From Kiritimatiellia bacterium (GTDB taxonomy: Bacteria; Verrucomicrobiota; Kiritimatiellia; RFP12; UBA1067), in assembly GCA_050949565.1 (NCBI GenBank), contig JBMNFY010000006.1, positions 32,001 through 96,000 on the forward strand: DNA of 64,000 bases, in the 5' to 3' direction. Positions 49,296 through 59,359 of the stretch are shown one piece after another. Position 1 is the first letter of the stretch; every line of letters starts with the position of its first letter. The notes under the pieces are model-generated. The model was not told the DNA's origin. It searched no databases and saw nothing but the letters and a program-made list of their open reading frames with translations. The translations under genes and the position numbers were made by a program.

Positions 49296-50078
49296 ATGAT
49301 GAAGGATGTGACATGCCGTGTGATAGGCCAGACACCGCTGACGGCGGGCTACTGGGCGTTGGATATGGAGGCGCCGGGGCTGGCCGAAGCCGCGCAGCCC
49401 GGCCAGTTTGTGCATGTGCGCGTGCCCGGACTGGAGCCGATTGCGTTGCGCCGTCCGTTTAGCATCTTCGGCACTGAGGGCACGACTCTCAAGTTGCTCT
49501 ACAAGACGGTTGGCCGCGGCACCTCCCAGATGAACCGGTTGGTCCCCGGCGATCCCGTGCAGGTGATCGGTCCGCTCGGCAATGGTTTTCCGCTTGAGCC
49601 GCGGGGCGAGCCGTTGCTGGTGGCCGGCGGATACGGGGTCGCGCCGCTCGCCTTTCTGGCCGGGCGCTTGCCGACCAAGGGCGTGGTGCTGATTGGTGGA
49701 CGCTCTGCCGATGATGTGTTGGCGGTGACCGCTTTTGAGCGGTTGGGCTGGACCGTGCGCGTGGCGACCGAGGACGGCTCGTTGGGCGAAACCGGTCTGG
49801 TCACGGTGCCGCTGGACCGCGAATTGGCGCGGTTGCATGAGGCGGGGGCGACGCCCGAGTTGTTTTCTTGCGGTCCGGACGGCCTGTTGCGGGCAGTCGG
49901 CGAACGCGCCATCCAAGCGGGGTGCCGCGGCTGGTTGTCGTTGGACAAGCACATGGTGTGCGGGGTCGGTGCCTGCTTGGCCTGTGTGCAACGGCTGCGG
50001 CGTGAGGATGGTACGGAGTGGATCGGACGCGTCTGCCGCGACGGCCCGGTTTTCGAGGCGCGTGAAATCGTGTGGTGA
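49296..50078 (+). CDS. pyrK: dihydroorotate dehydrogenase electron transfer subunit
   Basis: PGQFVH, LRRPFSI, GPLGNGF, AGGYGVAP, SCGP, MVCGVGACLAC and CRDGPVF. Confidence 0.93.
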   Translation: MMKDVTCRVIGQTPLTAGYWALDMEAPGLAEAAQPGQFVHVRVPGLEPIALRRPFSIFGTEGTTLKLLYKTVGRGTSQMNRLVPGDPVQVIGPLGNGFPLEPRGEPLLVAGGYGVAPLAFLAGRLPTKGVVLIGGRSADDVLAVTAFERLGWTVRVATEDGSLGETGLVTVPLDRELARLHEAGATPELFSCGPDGLLRAVGERAIQAGCRGWLSLDKHMVCGVGACLACVQRLRREDGTEWIGRVCRDGPVFEAREIVW

Positions 50079-50083
50079 AGAGC

Positions 50084-50998
50084 ATGAGCGACTTGGATAT
50101 GCGTGTCGATTTGGGCGGCATTCGGATGAAGAATCCGGTGACTGTCGCCTCTGGCACTTTCGGATATGGCGCGGAGTACGCCAAACTGGTTGATGTGACG
50201 CGTCTGGGTGCGATCACGGTCAAGGGGATCCGCTTGCAGCCGTGGCCCGGCAACCCGCTGCCACGGCATGTCGAGGTGCCGGGCGGCATGGTCAACGCCA
50301 TCGGGCTACAAGGCCCCGGCGTGGAGGGCTTCGCCCGCGATTACATGCCATTTCTGCGCACCACCGGTGTGCCGGTGATCGTCAACATCTGGGGCACCAG
50401 TGAAGAGGAGTATGCTGAGGTCGCCCGCCGCCTGAGCGAGGTGGAAGGCGTTTCCGGTTTGGAGTTGAATATCTCCTGCCCGAACGTCAAGGAGGGCGGC
50501 AACGCCTTCGGCACTGATCCGCGGGCCGTGGCGTCGCTCGTCGCGGCCGTGCGCCGTGCCACGCGCTTGCCGCTGATGCCTAAGCTGGCGCCGAACGTGC
50601 CGGACATCAAGCTGTTTGTGCGTGCGGCGCAGGAGGCAGGTGCCGATGCGCTGGCTTTGATCAACACGCTGCCGGCGATGGTGATCGACATCGAGACGCG
50701 GCGTCCGGTTTTGGCGAACAAGGTCGGCGGGCTTTCCGGCCCTGCGATTCATCCTGTCGCGGTCAAGCTGGTGTGGGAGGCCGCTCAAGTGGCCCGTGTG
50801 CCGCTGTTGGCCATGGGCGGGATTGTCGGCCCTGAAGAGGCGATCGAATTCCTGATTGCGGGTGCCTCGGCTGTGGCGGTGGGCACGGCGAATTTCATTG
50901 ACCCGACCACGTCGCTGCGCGTGTTGGAGGGCATCGAGGCGTATCTGCGTCGGCACGGCATGAACGCGGTCGCAGCATTGACCGGTTCGTTGCTATGA
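50084..50998 (+). CDS. pyrD: dihydroorotate dehydrogenase B catalytic subunit
   Basis: NPVTVASGTFG, NAIGLQGPG, LNISCPNV, INT, GGLSGPAI and VAVGTANF. Confidence 0.95.
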   Translation: MSDLDMRVDLGGIRMKNPVTVASGTFGYGAEYAKLVDVTRLGAITVKGIRLQPWPGNPLPRHVEVPGGMVNAIGLQGPGVEGFARDYMPFLRTTGVPVIVNIWGTSEEEYAEVARRLSEVEGVSGLELNISCPNVKEGGNAFGTDPRAVASLVAAVRRATRLPLMPKLAPNVPDIKLFVRAAQEAGADALALINTLPAMVIDIETRRPVLANKVGGLSGPAIHPVAVKLVWEAAQVARVPLLAMGGIVGPEEAIEFLIAGASAVAVGTANFIDPTTSLRVLEGIEAYLRRHGMNAVAALTGSLL

Positions 50999-51060
50999 CC
51001 AACCCGACCACAAATGTGGAACCATGAAACACATGAAACTTCATGAAAAACAGGGGCAAC

Positions 51061-52224
51061 ATGGAAAAAATCTGGTACTACGCTGAGGCGGGCATGCAGC
51101 AGGGGCCTGTCGATTTCGACGAACTGCGCGCGCGTGCGGCTTCGGGGGCCTTGCAGCCGTATGATTTGGTGTGGCAACCGGCTTTCGGCGACTCGTGGCG
51201 ATCGGCAGGCGAGGTGCCGGGGCTCTTCGTGCCGCAGTTCGTGGAAGCGCCGCCTCCGTCGGATCATACGCCGCTCTCCGATGTTCCGTTGACGGGCCTC
51301 GTTGGCGCGCGGCCTTCTGGTTTCTCTGCGGCCGCGCAGGCATTTGAGCGCATGAGGACGGTGCTCTTCCGAGAGTTCGACACCACACGCTGGTTCAGTA
51401 TCGGTTTCTGTGCGTGGATCGCCTATATCGGCTCGCAGAGTTCAATGCCCGATTTCAGTCAGGCTGGCGGTGCAGCGTCGGCTGAGCCGTTCAAGCAGCA
51501 GATCGACGAGGCGTTACGTTATAGCCTTGAGGTACTGGCCGACCCTCGAAAAATGGCATTCGGCATGTCGATCATGCTGGCGGTCCTGGCGCTGGCACTG
51601 CTTTTTTGTCGCCTGCGCTCGCGCGGAGATTTCATGTTTCTACACCGTTGGTACCGGCCGGACGCGTCGATCAGCCAGTGCTGGTGGGCCTCGCGTGCTT
51701 CAGGGCACGAACTGTTTGTCTGGCGCGTTTACTTCTTCCTGATCTCGGCCCTGCTTTTCATACTTACAATGGTGGCCGGTTACGGCTTTGTGGTGCACCC
51801 GTATGTCGCGGCAGGCTACCAGTGGCATGCGGCGCTGGTCAAACCGGCCGTCGTCTGCGTGACGGTCTCCGCGCTGCTCAGCATTGCGGTGCGGGTGATC
51901 GCACATCTGACCAAGGCTTTTGTCGTACCGGTCATGTATTGGCACGGTGTCTCTGCCGCACGCGCTTGGTTGGCGGTTTTCTCGCTCTTCAATCAACGTC
52001 CTTTCGCCGTATTGGGGTATCTCTGCTGCGGCATACTCTGTTCGCTCTTCGCCGGTTTTGTCCTTCTGGGTATCGGTCTGTTGACCTGCTGCGTCGGCTT
52101 CATCCCGTTGATGTTGCCCTATTTGGGCGCGGTGGCTCTGTTGCCGTACACCTATTTTTTCAGGGGCTACGCTGTTTGTTTCCTCAGCCAGTGGCGGTCT
52201 GATCTTGTGCCGGCCTCTGCGTGA
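51061..52224 (+). CDS. GYF_2 (DUF4339) domain membrane protein
   Basis: WYYA...QQGP...LVW...W N-terminal motif followed by several TM segments (LLTCC). Confidence 0.75.
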   Translation: MEKIWYYAEAGMQQGPVDFDELRARAASGALQPYDLVWQPAFGDSWRSAGEVPGLFVPQFVEAPPPSDHTPLSDVPLTGLVGARPSGFSAAAQAFERMRTVLFREFDTTRWFSIGFCAWIAYIGSQSSMPDFSQAGGAASAEPFKQQIDEALRYSLEVLADPRKMAFGMSIMLAVLALALLFCRLRSRGDFMFLHRWYRPDASISQCWWASRASGHELFVWRVYFFLISALLFILTMVAGYGFVVHPYVAAGYQWHAALVKPAVVCVTVSALLSIAVRVIAHLTKAFVVPVMYWHGVSAARAWLAVFSLFNQRPFAVLGYLCCGILCSLFAGFVLLGIGLLTCCVGFIPLMLPYLGAVALLPYTYFFRGYAVCFLSQWRSDLVPASA

Positions 52225-52245
52225 CGTGAAGAAAGGAGACATTTC

Positions 52246-53502
52246 ATGATTGCGCGTGAACTGATCCAAGCGGTTCCCAAAAGCGACCTGCACATCCATC
52301 TCGACGGCTCAATGCGCGTTGCCACGCTCATTGAACTGGCGCGCGAGCAGGGGGTCGAGCTGCCGTCGTACGAGATTGAAGGACTCAACGAGCTGGTGTT
52401 CAAGCCGGTCTATCGCGATCTACCCGAGTACCTTGCCGGTTTCCAATACACCTGTGCTGTGTTGCGCTCGTTCGAGGCGATGGAACGCGCGGCTTTCGAA
52501 TTGGCTGAAGACGCGATTGAGCAGGGCGTGCGTTATGTCGAGGTCCGTTTCGCTCCGCAATTGCTGGTGCCGACCGGCGAGGCCTGCGTGCGCGCACTCA
52601 AGGCGGTGGGCGATGGTCTGGGCCGTGCCGCGCGTCAGCACGGTGCGTCGCCCGCTGTGCAACAGGGAGAGGACATCCCGTTCGAGTGGGCGATCATCTG
52701 CTGTGCGATGCGCAACTTCACGCGCGGCATGGGCACGTATTATGACAGTCTGCTGGATCTGCTGCCCGGCATGGCGCACAAGAACTTGGTCGCCACCGCC
52801 TCGCTCGAAGCGGTGCATGCCGCAGTGGTCGCGCGCGACTGCCACGGTGTGCCGGTCACCGGTTTCGATCTGGCCGGCGAGGAGGCGGGCTATCCGGCGA
52901 GCCACCACGATGCCGCCTACGAAGAGGCCCACCGCCATTTCTTGCGCAAGACGGTTCACGCCGGCGAGGCGTACGGACCGGAGTCGATCTATGCCGCGAT
53001 TGTTCGTTGTCACGCTGAGCGCATCGGCCACGGCACGTTTGTTTTCGATGATAGTCGTGTGTATGGGCGCGACATCAAAGATAAAGCGGCCTATGCCGAC
53101 GAACTGGCCGAGTACATCGCCACCATGCGTATTACCGTCGAGGTCTGCCCCACCAGCAACTTGCAGACGATCCCGGAATTGGCGGGCGATATCCGCAATC
53201 ATCCTGTCAAGCGCATGATCGAACGCGGTATGGCCGTGGCCATCGCGACCGACAACACTCTGGTCTCGCACACCGACCTGAATCGCGAACTGGCCTTGGT
53301 GAGTGACGTCTGCGCGTTGGATCTCGCTGGCTTCAAGCGTCTGGTGCTGGCCGGTTTCAAGGGGGCGTTCTACCCTGGACGATACATGGAGAAGCGTGCG
53401 TTCGTGCGGCGGGCGGCCGAGCGGTTTGAACGTCTTGTCGCACGCTTCAAACGGGCGACGGCCAACAACAATGGCGGCGGGGGGAAGACATGCGTTTCCT
53501 GA
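52246..53502 (+). CDS. add: adenosine deaminase family protein
   Basis: PKSDLHIHLDGS, YVEVRFAP, GFDLAG, TVHAGE, RIGHG, EVCPTSN and ATDN. Confidence 0.9.
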   Translation: MIARELIQAVPKSDLHIHLDGSMRVATLIELAREQGVELPSYEIEGLNELVFKPVYRDLPEYLAGFQYTCAVLRSFEAMERAAFELAEDAIEQGVRYVEVRFAPQLLVPTGEACVRALKAVGDGLGRAARQHGASPAVQQGEDIPFEWAIICCAMRNFTRGMGTYYDSLLDLLPGMAHKNLVATASLEAVHAAVVARDCHGVPVTGFDLAGEEAGYPASHHDAAYEEAHRHFLRKTVHAGEAYGPESIYAAIVRCHAERIGHGTFVFDDSRVYGRDIKDKAAYADELAEYIATMRITVEVCPTSNLQTIPELAGDIRNHPVKRMIERGMAVAIATDNTLVSHTDLNRELALVSDVCALDLAGFKRLVLAGFKGAFYPGRYMEKRAFVRRAAERFERLVARFKRATANNNGGGGKTCVS

Positions 53503-55070
53503 CTGTCGAGCAGATGCGCGCGGCGGATCGCGCGGCCATCGATGAAGCGCACATCCCAGAGATGATGCTGATGACGCGCGCCGGCACGGCGTTGGCACGG
53601 ATGACTGCCCGCGTGGCGGCACTACGCGGCGCGCGCAGCATCGTGCTGGTCGCTGGACATGGCAACAATGGCGGTGACGCCAGTGTGGCGGCACGCTGTC
53701 TGTTTGAAGAGGGTTTCCGCGTGCAGGTGATTATGACCTGCGTGCCGGCAGTACTCAAGGGTGCGGCGCGTATGGCGTGGGACGAAATGCGCACGGCCGG
53801 CGTGCCGTATGTGGTGCTAGCCTCGCCTGAGAGTTGGCGAGAGGATATCGCTGTCAGTTCCGGCACCGTGGTACGTAATAGCGTGATCGTCGATGGTGTG
53901 CTGGGCACCGGTTGCCGCGGCGCTCCGACCGGCGCGGCGGAGCAGGTCATCCTGTGGATCAACCGCATGCGGCCCTACGCCGCAGTGGTCGCCGCCGACC
54001 TGCCTTCCGGCATGAACGGCGACACCGGCGAAACGCCCGGTGCGGCGGTTCACGCCGATGTCACGGTGACCTTCGCGCGGCCTAAACGCTGCGTCCTGAA
54101 TGATGCTCAGGCGTGGCGTGTTGGACACCTGACGGTGGCGGACATCGGTATCCCTGATGAATTGTGCGACCGCGATACGGCGGATGAGCCTTGCCGTTTG
54201 ATCGCGCTGCCCACGTTGGCGCGGACGTTCGCGCCGCGCGCGTGGGATGCGCACAAGGGGAGTTGCGGGCATCTCTGTGTGATCGGCGGTTCGGAAGGGC
54301 TGGCGCACGCGCCGGTGTTGGCGGCGCTCGGTGCACTGCGTAGCGGGGCGGGGCTGGTGACGCTGGCGCTGCCGGCAGTCGGTGCCGCTGCTGCTGCGGC
54401 GTGGACGCCGGAGGCGATGGCGCATCTGCTGCCGACAGCGAACGGTGCGATTTCAAAGACGTCGCTGGCTGAGTGGGGCGGTGGCTTCACACGGTTTGAC
54501 GGCGTGGTGGCCGGGCCGGGGCTGGGCACGTCAGCAGAGGCGCGCGACGTGGTTGCGCACCTGCTCGACACGGTGCCGCATCGGTTGGTGCTGGATGCGG
54601 ACGCGCTGACGCTGCTGGCCGCGTTACAGGCTGAAGGGGCGTGGCAGCCGCGCGAGAGACAAGAACGTGTACTGACGCCGCATCCGGGCGAGGCCGCGCG
54701 ACTGCTGGGAATCACAGCGGCGGAGGTGCAGGCCGACCGCCTCGACGCGGTGCAGCGTTTGGCTGAACGGTATCAGGCGACGGTCGTGCTCAAGGGCGCG
54801 GGAACGTTGGTGTGCACACCGGGCGGTACGCCGCGACTCAACCGCACTGGCAACCCCGGCATGGCGTGCGGCGGCATGGGCGATGTACTGGCCGGCATGG
54901 TGGGTGCGCTCTGGGTGCAGGGACTGCATGCGGAGGCCGCCGCCGCGACAGCGGTGTGGGCACACGGCACGGCGGGCGATGAAGCGGTCTGGGCTGAAGG
55001 ACAGACCGCCCTCAGCGCAACCGCGCTTGCGCACCGCTTGGGAGCGGTCTATCGTCTGCTCGAACGCTGA
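53490..55070 (+). CDS. nnr: bifunctional NAD(P)H-hydrate epimerase/dehydratase
   Basis: GHGNNGGD, VDGVLGTG, DLPSG, HKG, GPGLG, LDADAL, LTPHPGE, VLKG and GGMGDVLAG. Confidence 0.93.
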   Translation: MRFLTVEQMRAADRAAIDEAHIPEMMLMTRAGTALARMTARVAALRGARSIVLVAGHGNNGGDASVAARCLFEEGFRVQVIMTCVPAVLKGAARMAWDEMRTAGVPYVVLASPESWREDIAVSSGTVVRNSVIVDGVLGTGCRGAPTGAAEQVILWINRMRPYAAVVAADLPSGMNGDTGETPGAAVHADVTVTFARPKRCVLNDAQAWRVGHLTVADIGIPDELCDRDTADEPCRLIALPTLARTFAPRAWDAHKGSCGHLCVIGGSEGLAHAPVLAALGALRSGAGLVTLALPAVGAAAAAAWTPEAMAHLLPTANGAISKTSLAEWGGGFTRFDGVVAGPGLGTSAEARDVVAHLLDTVPHRLVLDADALTLLAALQAEGAWQPRERQERVLTPHPGEAARLLGITAAEVQADRLDAVQRLAERYQATVVLKGAGTLVCTPGGTPRLNRTGNPGMACGGMGDVLAGMVGALWVQGLHAEAAAATAVWAHGTAGDEAVWAEGQTALSATALAHRLGAVYRLLER

Positions 55071-55083
55071 TTGGTGGTTTTAC

Positions 55084-55365
55084 CCTAAAAAGAGCAGTTG
55101 AACCTTCAACTCTCTTTGGTTTCTGGTTTCAAGGTTTCATGGTTTCATCCAAATCGGGATCGGGATCGCTATCGGGATCGATTGTTTAACCACGGAACAC
55201 ACCGAACACACGGAAAGGCATGGCTCTGTTTCCGTGTGTTCCGTGGTTCCGTGGTTCCAATCAGAAATTGCGTTCTGCACCAAATAGGTGCGGCGCGGAT
55301 ATCAACGGAAGCCAATGTTTACGGGGCTTTGCTCAAAATCTGCATGCTCAACTGCTCTTTTTAGG
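55084..55365. mobile_element. MITE-like element, copy 2 (inverted relative to copy 1)
   Basis: Same 17 bp TIRs; flanked by TTTAC on both sides; interior nearly identical to 16416-16706. Confidence 0.75.
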
Positions 55366-56186
55366 TTTACTTTCTGCTGGGCTTCATGGCGGCGGCGTAG
55401 CCGCAAGAACCAGATGCCGCACAGCGGGATCGACGCGAGATAGAGAAGGCCGATCACGCCTAGTGTCAGCCAGAACTGCGAGACCAGCATGCCGATGGCA
55501 AACATGACGGCAAGTAGAACCGGCACCACACGTTTGGCTGGAATGCGAAGGTGCTTCGCTGAGATGGTCGGGGCACGGCTCGCCATGAGGATGCCACACA
55601 CGACCAGCATGGCGCAACCCACCCATGGCGATTGAATAGCGGTACTCTCGGTATGTAGTTGCCAGACGATAGGCGTCATCAAAATGCCCGCGCCGCCGGG
55701 GGCCGGCAGTCCCATGAAAAAGTGCTTCCAGTACGGTTGTGTGGGGCCTGCATCCAGCATGACGTTGAACCGGGCCAGGCGAAACGCGCAGCACATCGCA
55801 TGGAACAGGGCCAGTGCCCAGAAGAGACCGCGAAGGTCATAGGCGAAGCTTTCGGGCGAAACGACCTGCATGATCCAGAAATACATCAGCAGGGCCGGTG
55901 CCACGCCGAAGCTGACGAAATCAGCGAGCGAATCCAATTGCGCGCCTAGCTTGGAGGTGCTGCGCAGCATCCGGGCGACACTTCCGTCGAGCCCGTCCAG
56001 CACGCAGGCAATGAGGATCGCGACGACGGCCGGTCGCCAATGCTCCTGGCAACTGTAGCGGATTGACGTGATGCCGCTGGCGGCGGCCAGAAGCGTGATC
56101 AGATTCGGGATCATCGTGCGGATCGGGATTTCGCGCGGGATGCGCGGCTTGCGTTTACGTTTTTTACGGAATCTGAATTTCCCCAT
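55302..56186 (-). CDS. pssA: CDP-diacylglycerol--serine O-phosphatidyltransferase
   Basis: IPNLIT, DGLDGSVAR, GAQLDSLADFVSFGVAP, RLARFN and FMGLPAP; adjacent to psd. Confidence 0.92.
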   Translation of the reverse strand: MGKFRFRKKRKRKPRIPREIPIRTMIPNLITLLAAASGITSIRYSCQEHWRPAVVAILIACVLDGLDGSVARMLRSTSKLGAQLDSLADFVSFGVAPALLMYFWIMQVVSPESFAYDLRGLFWALALFHAMCCAFRLARFNVMLDAGPTQPYWKHFFMGLPAPGGAGILMTPIVWQLHTESTAIQSPWVGCAMLVVCGILMASRAPTISAKHLRIPAKRVVPVLLAVMFAIGMLVSQFWLTLGVIGLLYLASIPLCGIWFLRLRRRHEAQQKVNLKRAVEHADFEQSPVNIGFR

Positions 56187-56207
56187 AACACCACTCCCGA
56201 AAAGCGT

Positions 56208-56879
56208 TTAGAGCCGCGCAATGGGCGTTTCGCCCGCGACCATGGTTTGCCCGATGTGCACACAGGGTTCGACGCCGGGCGGCAGATAGACGTCTACGCG
56301 ACTGCCGAACCGGATCAGTCCGAACCGTTCGCCGGAGACTAAGGTCTGCCCCTCTTGGACAAAGCTGACGATGCGGCGTGCGATGAGCCCTGCGATTTGA
56401 ACGAAGGCGAGCGTCTGACCGGCGGGGGTCTGTGTCAGGTAGAGCATTCGTTCATTGCTGTCGCTGGCCTTGTCCAGAGAAGCATTCAAAAAAGCGCCGG
56501 GAATGTAGTGTTTTTTTACCACGGTGCCGGCGATCGGCATCCGGTTGACATGGACATCCAACACGCTCATAAACACGCTGACGCGCCAGACCGGGCGATC
56601 CCCCGCTTCGAGGACAGCGGGAATCGGCACCTGCATCAACAGGCAGACGATGCCGTCGGCGGGACTGAAGAGCGTCTGCGGATCGTCAGGCGTGATCCGT
56701 TCCGGGTCCCTGAAAAAAAGAAAGACGCCGTAGGTTAGGAGCAGGCCCACGAAAAAAAGCGGCGGCCAAATCACGGCGGCCAGCAGGGCACATGCTCCCG
56801 CGATCCAAACAAAGCGCCGCCCTTCCCGGTGCATGGGCGGTAATAGGAAACGTCGGACTGAGAGGTCAGGCGCAGACAT
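56208..56879 (-). CDS. psd: phosphatidylserine decarboxylase
   Basis: FFRDPER, SPADG, FMSVLDVHVNR, QIAGLIARRI and RFGSRVD. Confidence 0.95.
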   Translation of the reverse strand: MSAPDLSVRRFLLPPMHREGRRFVWIAGACALLAAVIWPPLFFVGLLLTYGVFLFFRDPERITPDDPQTLFSPADGIVCLLMQVPIPAVLEAGDRPVWRVSVFMSVLDVHVNRMPIAGTVVKKHYIPGAFLNASLDKASDSNERMLYLTQTPAGQTLAFVQIAGLIARRIVSFVQEGQTLVSGERFGLIRFGSRVDVYLPPGVEPCVHIGQTMVAGETPIARL

Positions 56880-56886
56880 AGATGGA

Positions 56887-57321
56887 TCACGCCTCACGTT
56901 TGCGGCGACGGGCGGAAGAGCGCGGAGCCGGATCCACCGCGCGCGGTTCATACGGCTTCACGAAAACGTCGTTGAAGTCGTACACCTGCTTAAAATCATC
57001 GCGGCTGTCGCTCTCCGTTTTGCCCAGGCGACCCGCATCCACCAGATTGAAAACGATTTCGCCGAAATCCTCCGTCGTATGGATGCCCCACTCGGAGAAG
57101 ACCGTGAAGGCCAAGGGGCCGAATTCGTCTAATGCAAACTCCTTGATGCCCTCCAGCAACTCTTGGCCGGTGACATGGCGGGGATGATGGCCCGACTGGC
57201 ATCTGTTCAGTTTTTTGACGGTCACATCAAGTGCTTCAACGATAAATTCGTAAGCATCGGGATGATAACGCGTGTCCTTCTTGCAAATGTCGCGGACGGT
57301 TTCTTGGAACGAAGGATTCAT
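56887..57321 (-). CDS. Minf_1886-type Verrucomicrobia/Planctomycetes-restricted protein
   Basis: RYHPDAYEF, HVTGQELLEG, FGPLA, WGIHTTEDFGEIVFNLV and DSRDDF. Confidence 0.82.
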   Translation of the reverse strand: MNPSFQETVRDICKKDTRYHPDAYEFIVEALDVTVKKLNRCQSGHHPRHVTGQELLEGIKEFALDEFGPLAFTVFSEWGIHTTEDFGEIVFNLVDAGRLGKTESDSRDDFKQVYDFNDVFVKPYEPRAVDPAPRSSARRRKREA

Positions 57322-57347
57322 GAGTGGGTCGGAAGAATAGGGGGATG

Positions 57348-57761
57348 TCAGGGCGCGGTTAACCGCTGTTGCAACTCTGCGAGTTCCTGGTCTGGATCGT
57401 CATATGCGCCCGGAATCCAGTTGATGGACTTGCCCGCCCAGCGGGGGACAACATGGATGTGGACATGCGGCACGACCTGCGAGGCACACGCGCCGTTGTT
57501 TTGCAGCAGGTTGAAGCCGTCACACGGCAACTTCTCAAGCAGTCGGGCCGCTACGCGTTGCACGGCCTGGCCCATTGCGTCAAGCGATGCGGCAGGCAGG
57601 TCGGTGAAGTATGCGGCATGGTGTTTGCTGACCACCAGGGTGTGTCCCTTTTCAAAGGGGGCGATATCCAGAAAAGCAAGTGTGTGCTCGTCTTCGTAGA
57701 TCGTGTAGGCCGGCATCTGTCCGGCAATGATTTTACAGAAAATGCAGTTGGGGTCTGTCAC
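57348..57761 (-). CDS. HIT family nucleotide hydrolase
   Basis: CIFCKI, AFLDI.P, GHTLV and QVVPHVHIHVVPR; GTG start after GGAG. Confidence 0.92.
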   Translation of the reverse strand: MTDPNCIFCKIIAGQMPAYTIYEDEHTLAFLDIAPFEKGHTLVVSKHHAAYFTDLPAASLDAMGQAVQRVAARLLEKLPCDGFNLLQNNGACASQVVPHVHIHVVPRWAGKSINWIPGAYDDPDQELAELQQRLTAP

Positions 57762-57788
57762 GGCCACTCTCCGTATGATGGTGGTCAA

Positions 57789-57865
57789 TGGTGGGCCCAG
57801 CAGGGCTCGAACCTGCGACCAAAGGATTATGAGTCCTCCGCTCTGACCGACTGAGCTATGGGCCC
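57789..57865 (-). tRNA. tRNA with CAU anticodon, probably tRNA-Ile2 (lysidine)
   Basis: GGGCCCA/TGGGCCC acceptor, A73, CCA; anticodon arm GAGGA-CTCATAA-TCCTT; lacks initiator features (no C1 mismatch, no GGG/CCC anticodon stem). Confidence 0.9.
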
Positions 57866-57881
57866 GTGGAATATCGGCTAT

Positions 57882-57910
57882 ACTATAACAAGGCGGGACG
57901 GCGCGTTCAA
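57882..57910 (-). promoter_or_regulatory. putative promoter of the CAU tRNA
   Basis: TTGAAC-17 bp-TATAGT on the minus strand, 16 bp upstream of the tRNA. Confidence 0.55.
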
Positions 57911-58007
57911 TGTCAAAGGAGAGTGAATACGAAACCAGAAACCAAACAACTCCTGCTTGACGGCGGCGTACGCCTCTGACACCCTTGGTTGCAACGGGTG
58001 AGTCGGC

Positions 58008-58421
58008 ATGCATGATGGATTTGTTAATCTGCGCGTTTCTAAGGACAGTAACATAGCGGATTTGCGCAAATTGAGCCGGGTTTGGCAGACGCACGACAAT
58101 GTAACAATGGACGTAGAGTCTATGTCGCTGGAAGAGGTGCGTCGCTTGACGTTAGACATCCTTCCGCATCTACCGGATTCTTTTATGGAGGGAGTGCTCT
58201 GCGAATTTGCGACTATTCCCGAGCTTCCCGATGATCTCGTTCGCTTGATATTCGCGCACGGAGATGCGGAATGCAAAATTGCTGTCGCCTTGCGTGAAAA
58301 ACTCCCCGAAGAAGTGCATGCGGCATGTCGGAACACGTCAGATGATGACGTGAGGGAGCACTATTTTCAAAAACATGGTGCGCCGAACATTCGAGGACAC
58401 GCCCCCCCAGCTTGTTCGTGA
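58008..58421 (+). CDS. hypothetical helical protein (true start may be 58107)
   Basis: AT-richer ORF with amphipathic helical repeats; no family recognised. Confidence 0.5.
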   Translation: MHDGFVNLRVSKDSNIADLRKLSRVWQTHDNVTMDVESMSLEEVRRLTLDILPHLPDSFMEGVLCEFATIPELPDDLVRLIFAHGDAECKIAVALREKLPEEVHAACRNTSDDDVREHYFQKHGAPNIRGHAPPACS

Positions 58422-58780
58422 CAGACGCTTCCGATCATGGGAGCGGTTATGGACGAGTGACACCCGGGGCGAGGAACACGAGAAAAGCGGTGTTTGAGCC
58501 TTTTATATTATGCGCGAGTTTCTTGGCATTCGTGGTTGTTTTTTTACCCGGTATAACAATCTCGACAGGATGGTTGCTTGCAAATAACCGACCGATCATG
58601 TTTGTAATACTGAACGCACTTTACTTGGTCGTAATCGTGGTGCCGCTTCTCATAGGTTACAAAAGACTGAAACACGAGCCCGATAGATTTAAAGGGTATT
58701 GGTTGTTTAGGATGACACTACTGTTTATGGTTTTGCATTTCTTGGGCGTGTTTGGGTTTGCAATAGCCTTAAAAAAGTAG
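58412..58780 (+). CDS. hypothetical membrane protein (three hydrophobic segments)
   Basis: AT-rich ORF with clear TM segments; start uncertain. Confidence 0.5.
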   Translation: MFVTDASDHGSGYGRVTPGARNTRKAVFEPFILCASFLAFVVVFLPGITISTGWLLANNRPIMFVILNALYLVVIVVPLLIGYKRLKHEPDRFKGYWLFRMTLLFMVLHFLGVFGFAIALKK

Positions 58781-58908
58781 AAACATGGTTAAAAATGGCG
58801 ACGGTGAAGAAAGAGCGATTGTTGCCGCAATACAATCCTGTCAAGGGTAACCCCTTTTGTGACGAACACTGCAACGGCTGATGGCCGATGTTATCGGGAG
58901 ATTGGGAC

Positions 58909-59340
58909 ATGGACAAAATCTACCTTCTGGCTTTTGGTGCTGTATGCGTCGTTACCTATCTTTGTTTTGGGAGTCGGCTTTATGTTAGGCTGGCCGTGGC
59001 GGGCGGATTTTTTCTGTGTTGGGCATGTGTTTTCCCCAATATGCAGTTTAACACTGCGTACGTGATGGCGAACTGCGTCACTTCTTTTACACAGCACATT
59101 TCTGAATTGTTGAAGGCTGAAAAATATGAGGACGCGAACAAAAAACTGACAGCGTTCAATTTGGGGTTCCGCTCCGTAGTCACAGATGAAATGGAGATGA
59201 GGCGGTTTGTTGAGAACCTCATCGCACTAAGAGAGAAAGTCCCAAGGGAACAAAGTAGGATTCAGAGCACTCCCCCAATGTCTAAAAAAACGTCCAACGC
59301 CGAACGCCGAAGTGGAAAAATCCTAAATCCTAAATCCTAA
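58909..59340 (+). CDS. hypothetical membrane protein
   Basis: GGGAG RBS then MDKIYLL; two TM segments then a helical domain; C-terminus runs into 7-mer repeats. Confidence 0.5.
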   Translation: MDKIYLLAFGAVCVVTYLCFGSRLYVRLAVAGGFFLCWACVFPNMQFNTAYVMANCVTSFTQHISELLKAEKYEDANKKLTAFNLGFRSVVTDEMEMRRFVENLIALREKVPREQSRIQSTPPMSKKTSNAERRSGKILNPKS

Positions 59341-59359
59341 ATCCTAAATTTCTAACTCC
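59289..59359. repeat. 7-mer tandem tracts
   Basis: AACGTCC-AACGCCG-AACGCCG then (AAATCCT)x4. Confidence 0.75.

Noticed and set aside
57762-58094. N-terminal extension of the HIT ORF (and of icd to 29315, hexokinase to 2485, surface protein to 7171)
   Set aside because: The extensions run through a tRNA, promoters, repeats or upstream genes; downstream starts have RBSs and match family N-termini.
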